Assembly (NCBI GenBank): GCA_046719715.1
Contig: JBDNCJ010000006.1
Location: forward strand, 8,492-72,491
From: Chloroherpetonaceae bacterium
Lineage (GTDB): Bacteria > Bacteroidota > Chlorobiia > Chlorobiales > Thermochlorobacteraceae
DNA length: 64,000 bases
Reading direction: 5' to 3'
Shown: piece by piece, positions 23,095 to 32,275 of the stretch
How positions within the stretch are numbered: the first letter of the stretch is position 1
Layout of the letters: each line of letters opens with the position of its first letter
Translations under genes and position numbers: made by a program
The notes under the pieces: model-generated
Database searches by the model: none
What the model was told of the DNA's origin: nothing
What the model saw: only the letters and a program-made list of their open reading frames with translations

Positions 23095-23316
23095 TTATTT
23101 TTTGTAGACGATTTTGCGAATCGTGTCGAACTGCAAGTAAGGATACTCGCGTTGCACGTATTCAATCGCGTCGGCGGCGGAAAGCCGTTGTTCGCGTGCG
23201 CCTTTGAAAATTTGTCGAATGTGATAATCGCGAAGTTGCTTTTCATCCAGCAATCGGTGAGCGCGTAGCTTCGAGAGAACTTCATCAGGAACGAAATCAC
23301 GGATTGGGTTTCGCAT
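23095..23316 (-). CDS. small hypothetical protein (73 aa)
   Basis: ORF with a good GGAG Shine-Dalgarno about 8 nt upstream of the ATG. Basic and helical; no family recognised. Confidence 0.5.
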   Translation of the reverse strand: MRNPIRDFVPDEVLSKLRAHRLLDEKQLRDYHIRQIFKGAREQRLSAADAIEYVQREYPYLQFDTIRKIVYKK

Positions 23317-23537
23317 CTTTTTCTCCGGTTAGGTTTCAGTTGATAATGATTGTTAAAGAATTGGCGCAAGTATGACAGTTCGCCACTAATGTTCAAAGCA
23401 TTATCACTTGTTTGATGCGATGTTCTCCGATTTTGGTTGGATTGTTGTGATTTTGATAGAGCGAATATAGAACGGCTGACTTATATTTGCAACTCCTTTC
23501 GAAAAAAAACAAGACCACATTTTTGGCATCAATTGCA

Positions 23538-24536
23538 ATGACGAAAAAAAACCTCGAGCTGCTTTTTCAGAGTTTCGAAAAAAAGCGCATAGCCGTTATC
23601 GGCGATGTGATGTTGGATAAATATATCTTTGGCAAAGTCGAGCGCATTTCGCCCGAAGCCCCTGTTCCCGTCATTGACGTCTCGTCGCAAAGTTATCGCT
23701 TGGGCGGCGCGGCGAACGTTGCGACAAACCTCCGCTCGCTCGGCGCAACCGCAATGCTCTTCGGCGTTATCGGCGACGACGACGACGGCGCAATCCTCGC
23801 CTCGCAATTAAACAAAGAATTTCTTTCAGCCGACTTTCTCATTACCGAACACACACGACCCACGACCGCCAAAACCCGCGTCATCGCTCAAAACCACCAC
23901 ATCGTCCGCATCGATTCCGAAACGCGCAAACCCATTTCAAGCGCGACGGAGCGCACGATTTTGGCGCTTCTTTCCGAACACCTTCACACGCTTGACGCGA
24001 TTATTTTTGAAGATTACAACAAAGGCGTTCTGACTGCGCCACTCATCAAAAAAATCATTGCGCTTGCCAAAAAGCGCGACGTGCCCGTTACCGTCGACCC
24101 CAAGAAAGACAACTTCTTTGAATACAAACACGCCACCGTTTTTAAGCCAAACCTCAAAGAAATTTCCGACGCCTTCGGACGCAAATTCACGAACAGCGAC
24201 AGCGACGCAACGCTCGCTTGCCAAATGCTTCAAAAGAAAATCAAAGCGAAGAACATCGTGCTGACGAGAAGTGAAAAAGGTATGACGGTTTTCAACGGGA
24301 AGGCGGAGCATATTCCTTCAATGGCATTGGAAGTGGCGGACGTTTCCGGCGCAGGCGATACCGTGATTGCCGCATTGACGCTCGCTCTTGCGTCGGGATT
24401 AGATGTAACGGCGGCGGCGAAAGTCGCTAATCTTGCCGCAGGCGTCGTCTGCGCCGAAGTCGGTGCGGTAGCAGTCGATAAGAACAAACTTCTTTCCGCT
24501 TGCACGCGCTATTTCAGTGCCGCGTCTATTTCTTGA
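23538..24536 (+). CDS. rfaE: D-glycero-beta-D-manno-heptose-7-phosphate kinase (RfaE domain I / PfkB family)
   Basis: IAVIGDVMLDKYIFGKVERISPEAPVPV, LGGAANVA and GAGDTVIAAL are present. ATG 23538 is preferred over the upstream TTG at 23487. Confidence 0.85.
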   Translation: MTKKNLELLFQSFEKKRIAVIGDVMLDKYIFGKVERISPEAPVPVIDVSSQSYRLGGAANVATNLRSLGATAMLFGVIGDDDDGAILASQLNKEFLSADFLITEHTRPTTAKTRVIAQNHHIVRIDSETRKPISSATERTILALLSEHLHTLDAIIFEDYNKGVLTAPLIKKIIALAKKRDVPVTVDPKKDNFFEYKHATVFKPNLKEISDAFGRKFTNSDSDATLACQMLQKKIKAKNIVLTRSEKGMTVFNGKAEHIPSMALEVADVSGAGDTVIAALTLALASGLDVTAAAKVANLAAGVVCAEVGAVAVDKNKLLSACTRYFSAASIS

Positions 24537-25410
24537 TTTTGAAGTTGAAGGGTATCACGATGGCGCCGGCGACGGTTTTTCCGCCTGAAATTTTTGCCGG
24601 CTTGAATTCTGTTTCTTCCGTCAATACGCGCATGACTTCAGCGTCGAGAATCGGGTTGATGCTTTTGAGAAAGTTGACTTTCACGATACTGCCTTCTTTA
24701 TCCACAAAGACTTGGGCGATGGCTTTTCCTTCAACGCCGGCTTTTAAGGCAAGGTCGGGATACTTGATGCTTTTGTAAATTTGCTCCACTCCGCCGACGA
24801 TGTCGACGTTGCTTTCAAGCGTCGCCACTTGCTCGATATCGTCTGCATTCAGGTTTTCTTCGGTCAGATTAATCAGTTCTTCGGTTCCTTTTTCGTCTTC
24901 ATCGTCCTCACTTTTGAGTTGCGAAACAATTTCTTTACGCAGTTCTGGGGCTTTATCCACCGCCACCACTTCAATCGACTCTTTCTTTTTAACGACGGGC
25001 ACCGTCTTCTTCACGGCGGTCGATGTCGATTTCTTCGTTTCGGCAACGACGACGTTTTCCTCTGCTTCTCCTGCGCCTAATTTCACATCAATTCGCGTAA
25101 TTGAATTGGCGATGACGGCTAAATCGGAATTCCAAGCACTGTAGCCGCGCTTGTATGTTCTAATCTTGTAGTTTTCAGGCGGAACATTGAGGAAAGTGTA
25201 GTAGCCTTGCGCGTTTGAAACTGCCGCTTGCGTTATATTTGCAGAGGTAATGTAGATGGTTGCACCTGCAACCGGCTTGCCTGAACTATCGAGCACTCGT
25301 CCCATCAATCGCCCTTGCTGCCCAAACGCTTCGACTTTGAAGGCAAAGCAAAGTGCAATCAACATGAGTGCTCCATGCAGCCATTTTGGTGATGGATACT
25401 GTTGTCTCAT
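24526..25410 (-). CDS. TonB-family protein with N-terminal carboxypeptidase-regulatory-like domain
   Basis: Signal peptide, then a CarboxypepD_reg-like block (GRVLDSSGKPVAGATIYI..GYYTFLNVPPENYKI), an acidic linker, and a TonB C-terminal domain (YPDLALKAGVEGKAIAQVFVDKEGSI). The ORF extends to 25455. Confidence 0.72.
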   Translation of the reverse strand: MRQQYPSPKWLHGALMLIALCFAFKVEAFGQQGRLMGRVLDSSGKPVAGATIYITSANITQAAVSNAQGYYTFLNVPPENYKIRTYKRGYSAWNSDLAVIANSITRIDVKLGAGEAEENVVVAETKKSTSTAVKKTVPVVKKKESIEVVAVDKAPELRKEIVSQLKSEDDEDEKGTEELINLTEENLNADDIEQVATLESNVDIVGGVEQIYKSIKYPDLALKAGVEGKAIAQVFVDKEGSIVKVNFLKSINPILDAEVMRVLTEETEFKPAKISGGKTVAGAIVIPFNFKIKK

Positions 25411-25518
25411 TGTCAACTTACTTAAAATGTTGTAGTGGGCGCGTTGGCGGCACATCTGGACTCCGCCACGTTCTAAAATTCTCCACCGATAAAATTCCCC
25501 ACCTAAATTGGCGAGAAA

Positions 25519-27165
25519 TTATCTATCGTTTGTCAGATTTGCAAGTGTTTTTGCTTTTGGGAGCAGGTTTAAGGCTTCTTTCAGCACGGCGTCTTCTAAA
25601 ATTAAAATTGAGGTTTGCGCCTTCCAGCCCCAGATTTGTCGGGCGAGCGTGGCTTTGACCATGTTTTTGAAATAGCGTTCGTCTTGTTTGTACTCGCGCT
25701 CGTTGTAGGGTATGTCTTTTTTTGCCGCAAGCGCGATGAGCGACTGCATCATGGATTCAGAGACGACGAAGTTTTTTCGGAAGTCTTCTACTTTTTCGTA
25801 GGTTTGTTTGAGCGATTTATTTTGGTCGAGATAGGCTAATGCAAATTCATCAAAGAGTTGTTTGGAGAGCATTTGGCGATAGTATCGTGTGAGCGTATCG
25901 TTCCAGCAGAAGTAATCGGGAATGATGCCGCCGCCGCCCAGCACGACACGCCCCAGCGGCGTTTTGAAGACTTCGTGAGTGGAGTCGCGCTCGACAAACG
26001 AAGCGGCTTCAACGGGCTTTCGGGTTTCGCTCCACAGTTTTTTGGCTTCGCTCTCGAAGAAACGCTCGTCGTTGTCGCGTTCAGAAAGTTCGTTGTAGTA
26101 ATCTTCCCTGCCGCGTTTTCCGCTTCCATATTTGCGTTGAATGAGTCGCCCCGACGGCGTGTAATACTTTGAAATTGTAACTCGAATTGCCGATGAATCA
26201 GCTAAATCAAATTGGCGTTGGACAAGCCCTTTTCCAAACGAAGTTTCGCCGACAATCAGGGCGCGGTCGTAATCTTGCAGCGCGCCCGCAACAATTTCCG
26301 ATGCCGACGCACTCCCACGATTCATCAGCACGACCACCGATTCTTTTTCAAACATATCGTTCGGCTTTGAAAAAAAATCTTCGTCTTTGACGTGCGCGCC
26401 GCGCGTGTAGACGAGTTTCTTCATGCCGCCGATGAACTCGTCGGCGATTTTAATCGCTTGGTCTAAGTAGCCGCCCGGATTGCCGCGCAAATCAAGGACG
26501 AGTTGCGTCATGCCTTGCCCTTTGAGCGACTTCATGGCGTCCATGAATTCATCGTAGGTGGTTTGCACGAAGCGGTCGAGTTTGATGTAGCCGGTTTTCT
26601 CGTCGAGCATCATGACTGCGCCGACGCTGTATGTCGGAATTTTATCGCGCGTAATGGTGAAGGCAAGCGGCGCGGGTTCGCCTTGACGAAGAATTTTAAG
26701 ATTGACTTTCGTGCCTTTTTGTCCGCGCAATTTTCGGAAGACGTCCTCCCGTGTAATTCCGACGGCGGTTGAATCGTCAATCATGATGATTCGGTCGCCG
26801 GATTGAACGCCGATTTTTTCGCTCGGTCCGCCGGCAATCGGCGTGACGACGACAAGCGTATCAGCGATGATGTCGAACTCAATGCCAACGCCCTCGAAGT
26901 TGCCTTGAAATTCTTCTTTGGATTTACGCACTTGCGCAGGAGTCATATAAACGGAATGTGGGTCTAACTGCTCCAACATTCCTCTAATCGCACTTTCCGA
27001 GAGGTTGGCTTCGTCGATATTGTCGACGTAATTTTTCTTCACAATCGCGACCACTTGCCCGACTTTCGCCGCCGAATCCGCGCCGCCGAACTGCAACTTA
27101 CTTCCGACGATAAGCCCGAAAACGATTGCTCCGACAATCAGTAAAATTCCTACAACGACCCTCAT
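25519..27165 (-). CDS. S41 family C-terminal processing peptidase
   Basis: N-terminal TM anchor and a PDZ region (GDRIIMIDD). Catalytic blocks NRGSASASEIVAGAL and GETSFGKGLVQ. Confidence 0.9.
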   Translation of the reverse strand: MRVVVGILLIVGAIVFGLIVGSKLQFGGADSAAKVGQVVAIVKKNYVDNIDEANLSESAIRGMLEQLDPHSVYMTPAQVRKSKEEFQGNFEGVGIEFDIIADTLVVVTPIAGGPSEKIGVQSGDRIIMIDDSTAVGITREDVFRKLRGQKGTKVNLKILRQGEPAPLAFTITRDKIPTYSVGAVMMLDEKTGYIKLDRFVQTTYDEFMDAMKSLKGQGMTQLVLDLRGNPGGYLDQAIKIADEFIGGMKKLVYTRGAHVKDEDFFSKPNDMFEKESVVVLMNRGSASASEIVAGALQDYDRALIVGETSFGKGLVQRQFDLADSSAIRVTISKYYTPSGRLIQRKYGSGKRGREDYYNELSERDNDERFFESEAKKLWSETRKPVEAASFVERDSTHEVFKTPLGRVVLGGGGIIPDYFCWNDTLTRYYRQMLSKQLFDEFALAYLDQNKSLKQTYEKVEDFRKNFVVSESMMQSLIALAAKKDIPYNEREYKQDERYFKNMVKATLARQIWGWKAQTSILILEDAVLKEALNLLPKAKTLANLTNDR

Positions 27166-27214
27166 GCGTGATTGAATTGGAGTTAAAAAATGTAAAAGAA
27201 TCTACATTGATTTC

Positions 27215-27257
27215 GTCAAAAAAAACAAGGCGTCCCGAATGGCTTTTCGGAACGCCT
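27215..27257 (-). terminator. rho-independent terminator after the Roadblock-like genes
   Basis: 12-bp stem with one mismatch, AGGCGTCCCGAA (27228-27239) / TTCGGAACGCCT (27246-27257). On the minus strand it is followed by TTGTTTTTTTTGA. Confidence 0.8.
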
Positions 27258-27288
27258 ACTTTTAGATGAAAAGATTATGAAACCGCCG

Positions 27289-27801
27289 TTACTTTTTATC
27301 GGTGAGCGTTTTAGTCAGTTGCTCGTCAAGAAGCGCGCTGAAATTATCATCGAAGATGTTCGAGAGGTCGACCTCCATTTCTTCCGACGCAATCACTTCC
27401 AAGAGTTTGGCTTTGGCTTGCTTGGAGTAGATGCGAATAGTTCCGGGCGGAATCGAGGCTTTGAAAATAATTTCAAGCAAATACTTTTCATTAAGGCTGA
27501 TGAGATAAATGCTTCGCGATTCTCCTTCATGAAAGAGCACTTCAAACGACGCCTTCTCACCGATTTGCTTTGCCATTTCGGCGGTGGCGACGAAGTTTGA
27601 GGCGGCGAGTACGCTGAAAATCTCGAGGTCTCGGTCTAAAAGACCGCCGTATTTCGCCAGGATTTGTCCAGTCATATCGCCGAGAATGACCGCCGAAGAA
27701 CCTGTTTTTGCCGCAAATTCTTTCAAAACTTTTTCAGCCGTGCTGATTTGGGTTTCGGTCAGAATGACTTTTCTAAATTCATCTTTTCCCGTAACGCTCA
27801 T
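27289..27801 (-). CDS. Roadblock/LC7-like domain protein (divergent, extended)
   Basis: 170 aa. Central region SSAVILGDMTGQILAKYGG..IFSVLAASNFVATAEMAKQIG..FHEGESRSIYLISL fits the Roadblock/MglB-type alpha-beta pattern. It is adjacent to a clearer Roadblock gene. Confidence 0.55.
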   Translation of the reverse strand: MSVTGKDEFRKVILTETQISTAEKVLKEFAAKTGSSAVILGDMTGQILAKYGGLLDRDLEIFSVLAASNFVATAEMAKQIGEKASFEVLFHEGESRSIYLISLNEKYLLEIIFKASIPPGTIRIYSKQAKAKLLEVIASEEMEVDLSNIFDDNFSALLDEQLTKTLTDKK

Positions 27802-27820
27802 ATTGAATTAGGTTTAGGAC

Positions 27821-28180
27821 TTAAAGTTGTTTTTGTATTTCGGGAACAAATTTTGAGACTTGATAACGGATGTTTCCAAGCATGACGCTTTGGTCGGCGA
27901 TGACGGTCAAGATGATATTGCCATCGGGGAAAATTCTCGATAAAATAATCCCGTTTTCATACTCGACCATGCTTTGCTCAACCTTTCCGACATTAAGTTC
28001 GTTGCCGATGCTCTCTGAACTGTGCAACCCACCAATAACGATTGCACCGACGGTTTCCATATCGACCTTGCCGTTGCGTGTCTTTTGTTCAATGACGAAT
28101 CCGTCTCGTCCAATAAGTGCCACGGCTTTTACGCCGTCGGCTTTGACAAGATTGCCGAGCAAATCCGATATTTCGGGCAT
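27821..28180 (-). CDS. Roadblock/LC7 (MglB-like) domain protein
   Basis: 119 aa. VKAVALIGRDGFVIEQK...VGAIVIGGLHSSESIGNEL..GIILSRIF..NIILTVIAD is a typical Roadblock/LC7 pattern. Confidence 0.75.
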   Translation of the reverse strand: MPEISDLLGNLVKADGVKAVALIGRDGFVIEQKTRNGKVDMETVGAIVIGGLHSSESIGNELNVGKVEQSMVEYENGIILSRIFPDGNIILTVIADQSVMLGNIRYQVSKFVPEIQKQL

Positions 28181-28368
28181 ATAAGGTTAGTGTATTGATG
28201 AAATTGAAAATTTTTATGGTCGCTGATTATATGGTTGCTGACTGTAATATACTTGTCTTCCAAAATATATCGGATTACCGTAAATTTACAAAACTTGAAG
28301 CATCGTTGCTTTGATTAAGTTTCTTTTAATTGTCAATTTCTCTTTATCGACGATGTTTTTTTGAGCAC

Positions 28369-29625
28369 ATGAAAAGCCGCTTCTTCGTATTTGCTTCTGT
28401 ATTGTTCTTTCTGCCGCAGTTTGCTTCTGCTCAATCGGATTCAAGTTTAGATTCATTGCTCGCTTCTCCACCCCCTAACTATGCACTGTCGTTTTTGGAT
28501 TCAAGCGAAACGATATGGCGCGAACTTCTCGAGAGCCTTTTTCAAGATACGCTTTCGCTTCCTGATACAGGGCGCACTTCGTTTTACGCCGTTGCGCAGT
28601 CGGTTGATGGCGTTTTCAAATCGCATCTTTTTGAGGCACGCACGCGCCTTTCAACTTCTTCGGAGCCTTCTGCTTCTACGTTACGCATTTCACGCGAGCA
28701 AGCGCGTTTAGCCGACCTCCTGCTCACGCTCTACGATTCGCTTTCACGCACTTTTGAGGCTCTGCTTCCACCGAAAAGCCTTGTGCGAACTGCGTCTTCG
28801 GAAGACTACAAAGAACTCTCAGACGCCCTGCTCATCAATCGTACTAGCGCACACCGCGTTCAGTTCGGCACGGCATATCAAAGCCGCTCGGTTTGGCGCG
28901 GCATTGAGCAAAATTCAGGCATGGGCACATATTCGTTTTCAGCACTGTATCAACATCGGTCTGGAATTTTTCTTTCGGCAAGCGCGCTTGGGCTTCAAGG
29001 TCAAGTTCCCGTAATCGACCAAGCCTCCGCGAGCGTCGGAATAGATTATCAGCCTCTCGATTTTTTTCTTCTTTCATTTGCCTACGCCCGTCATTATTAC
29101 AGCGAATCCAGCGTGCAGGTACGAGCGTTCATCAACAGCGACCTTACGCTTTGGCTGTCGTTTCAGACGGAGTGGCTTACGCCGTCGGTCATGTTTCTTT
29201 GGGCGTTCAGCGACGAAGGAAACAAGTTTTTTTGCTCTTGGGAAATTTCTCGCGCTGTTCTCCTCTCACAATTTTCGTGGGGCAAATTGGCTCTCGTTCC
29301 AAGCATGAGCGGCGAGTATGGGACGATTTCAACCGTCAGCGTTGAGCGACGAAGACCTACGCGCTTGAATCCAGAGCCACAAACGCTCATTCAACGCGCT
29401 GAGCCGTTTGTGCTTACGAACTACCTCTTTTCGCTCTCTCTGCTCTGCGGCATCGGGAATTTTTCCATTGCTCCTGAATTTCTTTTGGTTGTTCCCGTCA
29501 ATCTTCCCAGCCTGACCTTCACTTCAACCAGTGCAGGCAATCTCATTCAACCTGTTCAGCGTATCGTTAGGCTCAACGATACTCCGTTTGGGTATTTTTC
29601 GCTTCAAGTGTCTTACTCGCTTTAA
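28369..29625 (+). CDS. hypothetical exported protein, possible outer-membrane beta-barrel
   Basis: Signal peptide MKSRFFVFASVLFFLPQFASAQ. The C-terminal ~250 aa have an alternating hydrophobic/polar pattern rich in Y/F/S/L. No family recognised. Confidence 0.55.
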   Translation: MKSRFFVFASVLFFLPQFASAQSDSSLDSLLASPPPNYALSFLDSSETIWRELLESLFQDTLSLPDTGRTSFYAVAQSVDGVFKSHLFEARTRLSTSSEPSASTLRISREQARLADLLLTLYDSLSRTFEALLPPKSLVRTASSEDYKELSDALLINRTSAHRVQFGTAYQSRSVWRGIEQNSGMGTYSFSALYQHRSGIFLSASALGLQGQVPVIDQASASVGIDYQPLDFFLLSFAYARHYYSESSVQVRAFINSDLTLWLSFQTEWLTPSVMFLWAFSDEGNKFFCSWEISRAVLLSQFSWGKLALVPSMSGEYGTISTVSVERRRPTRLNPEPQTLIQRAEPFVLTNYLFSLSLLCGIGNFSIAPEFLLVVPVNLPSLTFTSTSAGNLIQPVQRIVRLNDTPFGYFSLQVSYSL

Positions 29626-29677
29626 TTCCTTATCTTTGCCGCGTTTTTATCACTCAAACACTTCAATCACAAACAAC

Positions 29678-30205
29678 ATGAAACTCACATCTTCTTTCAC
29701 ACGGTATGCTTTCGCACTCGCGCTTTTGTTTTCCGCCTGTGGACCGAGTGCCGAACAAACAAAACTCCTCAACGACTTTAAGTCGACAGTCGAACAACTT
29801 GCCTCACAAGACAAGGCATTTCAAGAAGCGGAACAAGACATGGAAAAAATGCATGCCGAGATGGAGCAAAAACACAACGAACTCAAAGCCAAAGGCGTTG
29901 ACATGCCAACTCACGACTCCCTCATCGCGGTTCATCAAAAGCTTGCCAAAGGGCATGAGGCGATGCACGACGCACACAAGAAAATGATTGCGGACTATCA
30001 AGCGAAAGTGGAATCGTTTGCCAAGCAAATGCCTTCGGTTGACGCATTGAAACAAGCATATGCTTCGGCAATGAGCGACCTTGACAATCTCAAAAAGGAT
30101 TACGAAAAAATGAAAGCCGAGCATGAGCAAATGCACAAAGAGCACGCTCAAATGGAAGCCGAGCATGCCGCACTCACATCAAAAGAAGCAAAGACGAAAA
30201 AGTAA
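29678..30205 (+). CDS. His/Met/Lys/Glu-rich helical lipoprotein
   Basis: Lipoprotein signal MKLTSSFTRYAFALALLFSAC (ATG 29678). The mature part is predicted helical with repeated H/M clusters (EKMHAEMEQKHNE, GHEAMHDAHKKM, KAEHEQMHKEHAQMEAEH). Confidence 0.6.
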   Translation: MKLTSSFTRYAFALALLFSACGPSAEQTKLLNDFKSTVEQLASQDKAFQEAEQDMEKMHAEMEQKHNELKAKGVDMPTHDSLIAVHQKLAKGHEAMHDAHKKMIADYQAKVESFAKQMPSVDALKQAYASAMSDLDNLKKDYEKMKAEHEQMHKEHAQMEAEHAALTSKEAKTKK

Positions 30206-30210
30206 TTTTA

Positions 30211-31266
30211 ATGCCGAAAAAAGTCTCGTTCAACGATTTAGTAACGGCGATTAGCAAGGGAAGAATCGATCCCGTGTATTTTTTTTACGGCAAAGAAGAT
30301 TTCCTGATTGAAGAATTGATTGAACTGCTCCGCGCCAAAGTCTTTCGCACGAAAGAAGAGGCGGGGGCGAACTTCACCGTGCTTTTCGGCGGCACGGGCG
30401 CGGAAAAATCCATCTCGCTCGGCGACATTCTTTCTGCCGCTTCCGCCTACGGAATGTTTGCCGAACAAAAGATGATTGTCGTGCGTGAGTTCGACAAAGT
30501 TCAAAAGCCGAAAAAAGATTTTCAGAAATCCACCTACAACGCCCTCGCCGAATATCTCAAAAATCCGCTTGAAACCACCGTGTTGGTGCTTTGCGCCGGC
30601 GAACTCGACAAGAAAGACCTTGCCAAAGAGCCGTTCTCACTCTTGGATTCCGTCGGGTATGAGTTTCCCGCGATGCGCGACATTTCAGGCTTCGCCGACG
30701 ATTACGCCAAACGCTTGGGCTGGCGGCTCACACCCGAAGCCCTACGGATATTGGTGATGTATGCCGGCAGTTCCGCGCGCGACGTTGGCAATGAACTTCA
30801 AAAGCTCACGCTCTATGCAGGCAATCGCGAGGATAAAACGCTGACGGAAAAAGACGTCTCGGAAGTCGTCGGCATTTCGCGCGAGTATAACGTGTTTGAA
30901 CTTCAAAAGGCGATATGCAGTCGCGACCTACGGCAGTCGTCGGGCGTCGCGCTTAAAATTTTGGAGAAGGAAGAGCCCGTTTCCATCGTCAATACTTTGA
31001 CGGTGTTTTTTACGCGGCTTTGGAAATTGCACTCCCCCGTGCTTCAACGCATGTCGGAGCAAGACGCGGCAAAGGAACTTGGCATGTTCGGGGGGCAAGC
31101 CTACTTTTTGCGCGACTACAAACAATACGCGACGCAATTTACGCCGACGCAGATTGAACGCGCTTTGACGGCGTTGAGCTTTGCCGACCAAACACTTAAA
31201 GGCATCTATCCGCCGATTGAGCATCCGCTTTTGATGCTCAAATTGATTCGCGAAATTTTGTCGTGA
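30211..31266 (+). CDS. holA: DNA polymerase III subunit delta
   Basis: 351 aa. Typical N-terminus (..PVYFFYGKEDFLIEE..) and overall HolA-like layout. Confidence 0.82.
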   Translation: MPKKVSFNDLVTAISKGRIDPVYFFYGKEDFLIEELIELLRAKVFRTKEEAGANFTVLFGGTGAEKSISLGDILSAASAYGMFAEQKMIVVREFDKVQKPKKDFQKSTYNALAEYLKNPLETTVLVLCAGELDKKDLAKEPFSLLDSVGYEFPAMRDISGFADDYAKRLGWRLTPEALRILVMYAGSSARDVGNELQKLTLYAGNREDKTLTEKDVSEVVGISREYNVFELQKAICSRDLRQSSGVALKILEKEEPVSIVNTLTVFFTRLWKLHSPVLQRMSEQDAAKELGMFGGQAYFLRDYKQYATQFTPTQIERALTALSFADQTLKGIYPPIEHPLLMLKLIREILS

Positions 31267-31325
31267 ATGTTATTTTGTTTCAACGCAGTTTTATTTGTTT
31301 TCACCATCAAACTTGAAACTCACGA

Positions 31326-32198
31326 ATGTCGCTCATCAGCCTCGTCAAACACATTCTCTGCCCCGTTGACTTTTCCGAAAAATCACTTCAAGTTATTGAC
31401 CATGCCCTGCGTTTGTGCGACGTGTTCGGCGCGACAATTTCTGTCTTGAACGTCGTCGATGATTCTTCACCTGAATATGCTTCATATCGACGCAGTGAGA
31501 AGGATATGCAGATGCTTCGACGCACGCTCGAGCAAGATTCGCAAAATCGAATGAAGTTGCACATCGAGCCGCGCTTGCGCAGTTTCTCAAATGCAACCAT
31601 GACGACCCTTTTCGGAAAACCTTCGGACGTGATTGTCAAAATCGCCAAAGAGCAACGCGCCAATTTAATTATGATGGCGACGCGCTCGCTCGGCTTGACG
31701 GGTCAATTCATTTTGGGAAGCACCACTTACAAAATTCTTCGAACCGCGCCTTGCCCTCTGATGGTTTTTTCAAAACCTGAAATGAAGTTTCGAGCTATTC
31801 GTATTTTATTCCCAACCGATTTTTCCGAGATTTCTCAACTCTCGCTCCCCTACCTTTTCAAATTAGCCGTTGATTACGGTGCCGATATTCACCTCGTTCA
31901 TTATCGCCAGATGCACAACGCCGTCTCCAAAGACCCGACGCGCGACCTTGAACTCATTAAGCGCAACGCCATCTCGAATCGTATTCCCGCCAACCGCATT
32001 TTCATAAACGACGACATTAAAGGCATTACGCCCGGCGCGGCGATTCTCAAATACGCCAAAGAAAACGCCATCGACTTGACGATTCTTTCCGCTCATGGTG
32101 CGTCGGGCTACAAACAGTTTTTTCTTGGTACAACTGCAGTTGAAATTTCAAGCAAAAGCGAATCGCCCGTGTTGCTCATTCGCAAAATGGAGTTCTGA
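31326..32198 (+). CDS. tandem-domain universal stress protein
   Basis: Two Usp domains: ILCPVDFSEKS...GSTTYKILRTAPCPLMV and ILFPTDFSEIS...GTTAVEISSKSESPVLLI. Confidence 0.85.
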   Translation: MSLISLVKHILCPVDFSEKSLQVIDHALRLCDVFGATISVLNVVDDSSPEYASYRRSEKDMQMLRRTLEQDSQNRMKLHIEPRLRSFSNATMTTLFGKPSDVIVKIAKEQRANLIMMATRSLGLTGQFILGSTTYKILRTAPCPLMVFSKPEMKFRAIRILFPTDFSEISQLSLPYLFKLAVDYGADIHLVHYRQMHNAVSKDPTRDLELIKRNAISNRIPANRIFINDDIKGITPGAAILKYAKENAIDLTILSAHGASGYKQFFLGTTAVEISSKSESPVLLIRKMEF

Positions 32199-32275
32199 TA
32201 CCATTCAACTAAGCTTGTAAATGGCAAGACAGAATTAAGTGTGAAGTGGATAAACAGACACGTCATTATATCGTG

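Noticed and set aside
23523-23537. Sigma54-like TGGCAT-N-TTGCA string upstream of rfaE
   Set aside because: The GG-to-GC spacing is 10 rather than the 12 positions required in the TGGCAC-N5-TTGC consensus. It also ends immediately at the ATG, leaving no leader.
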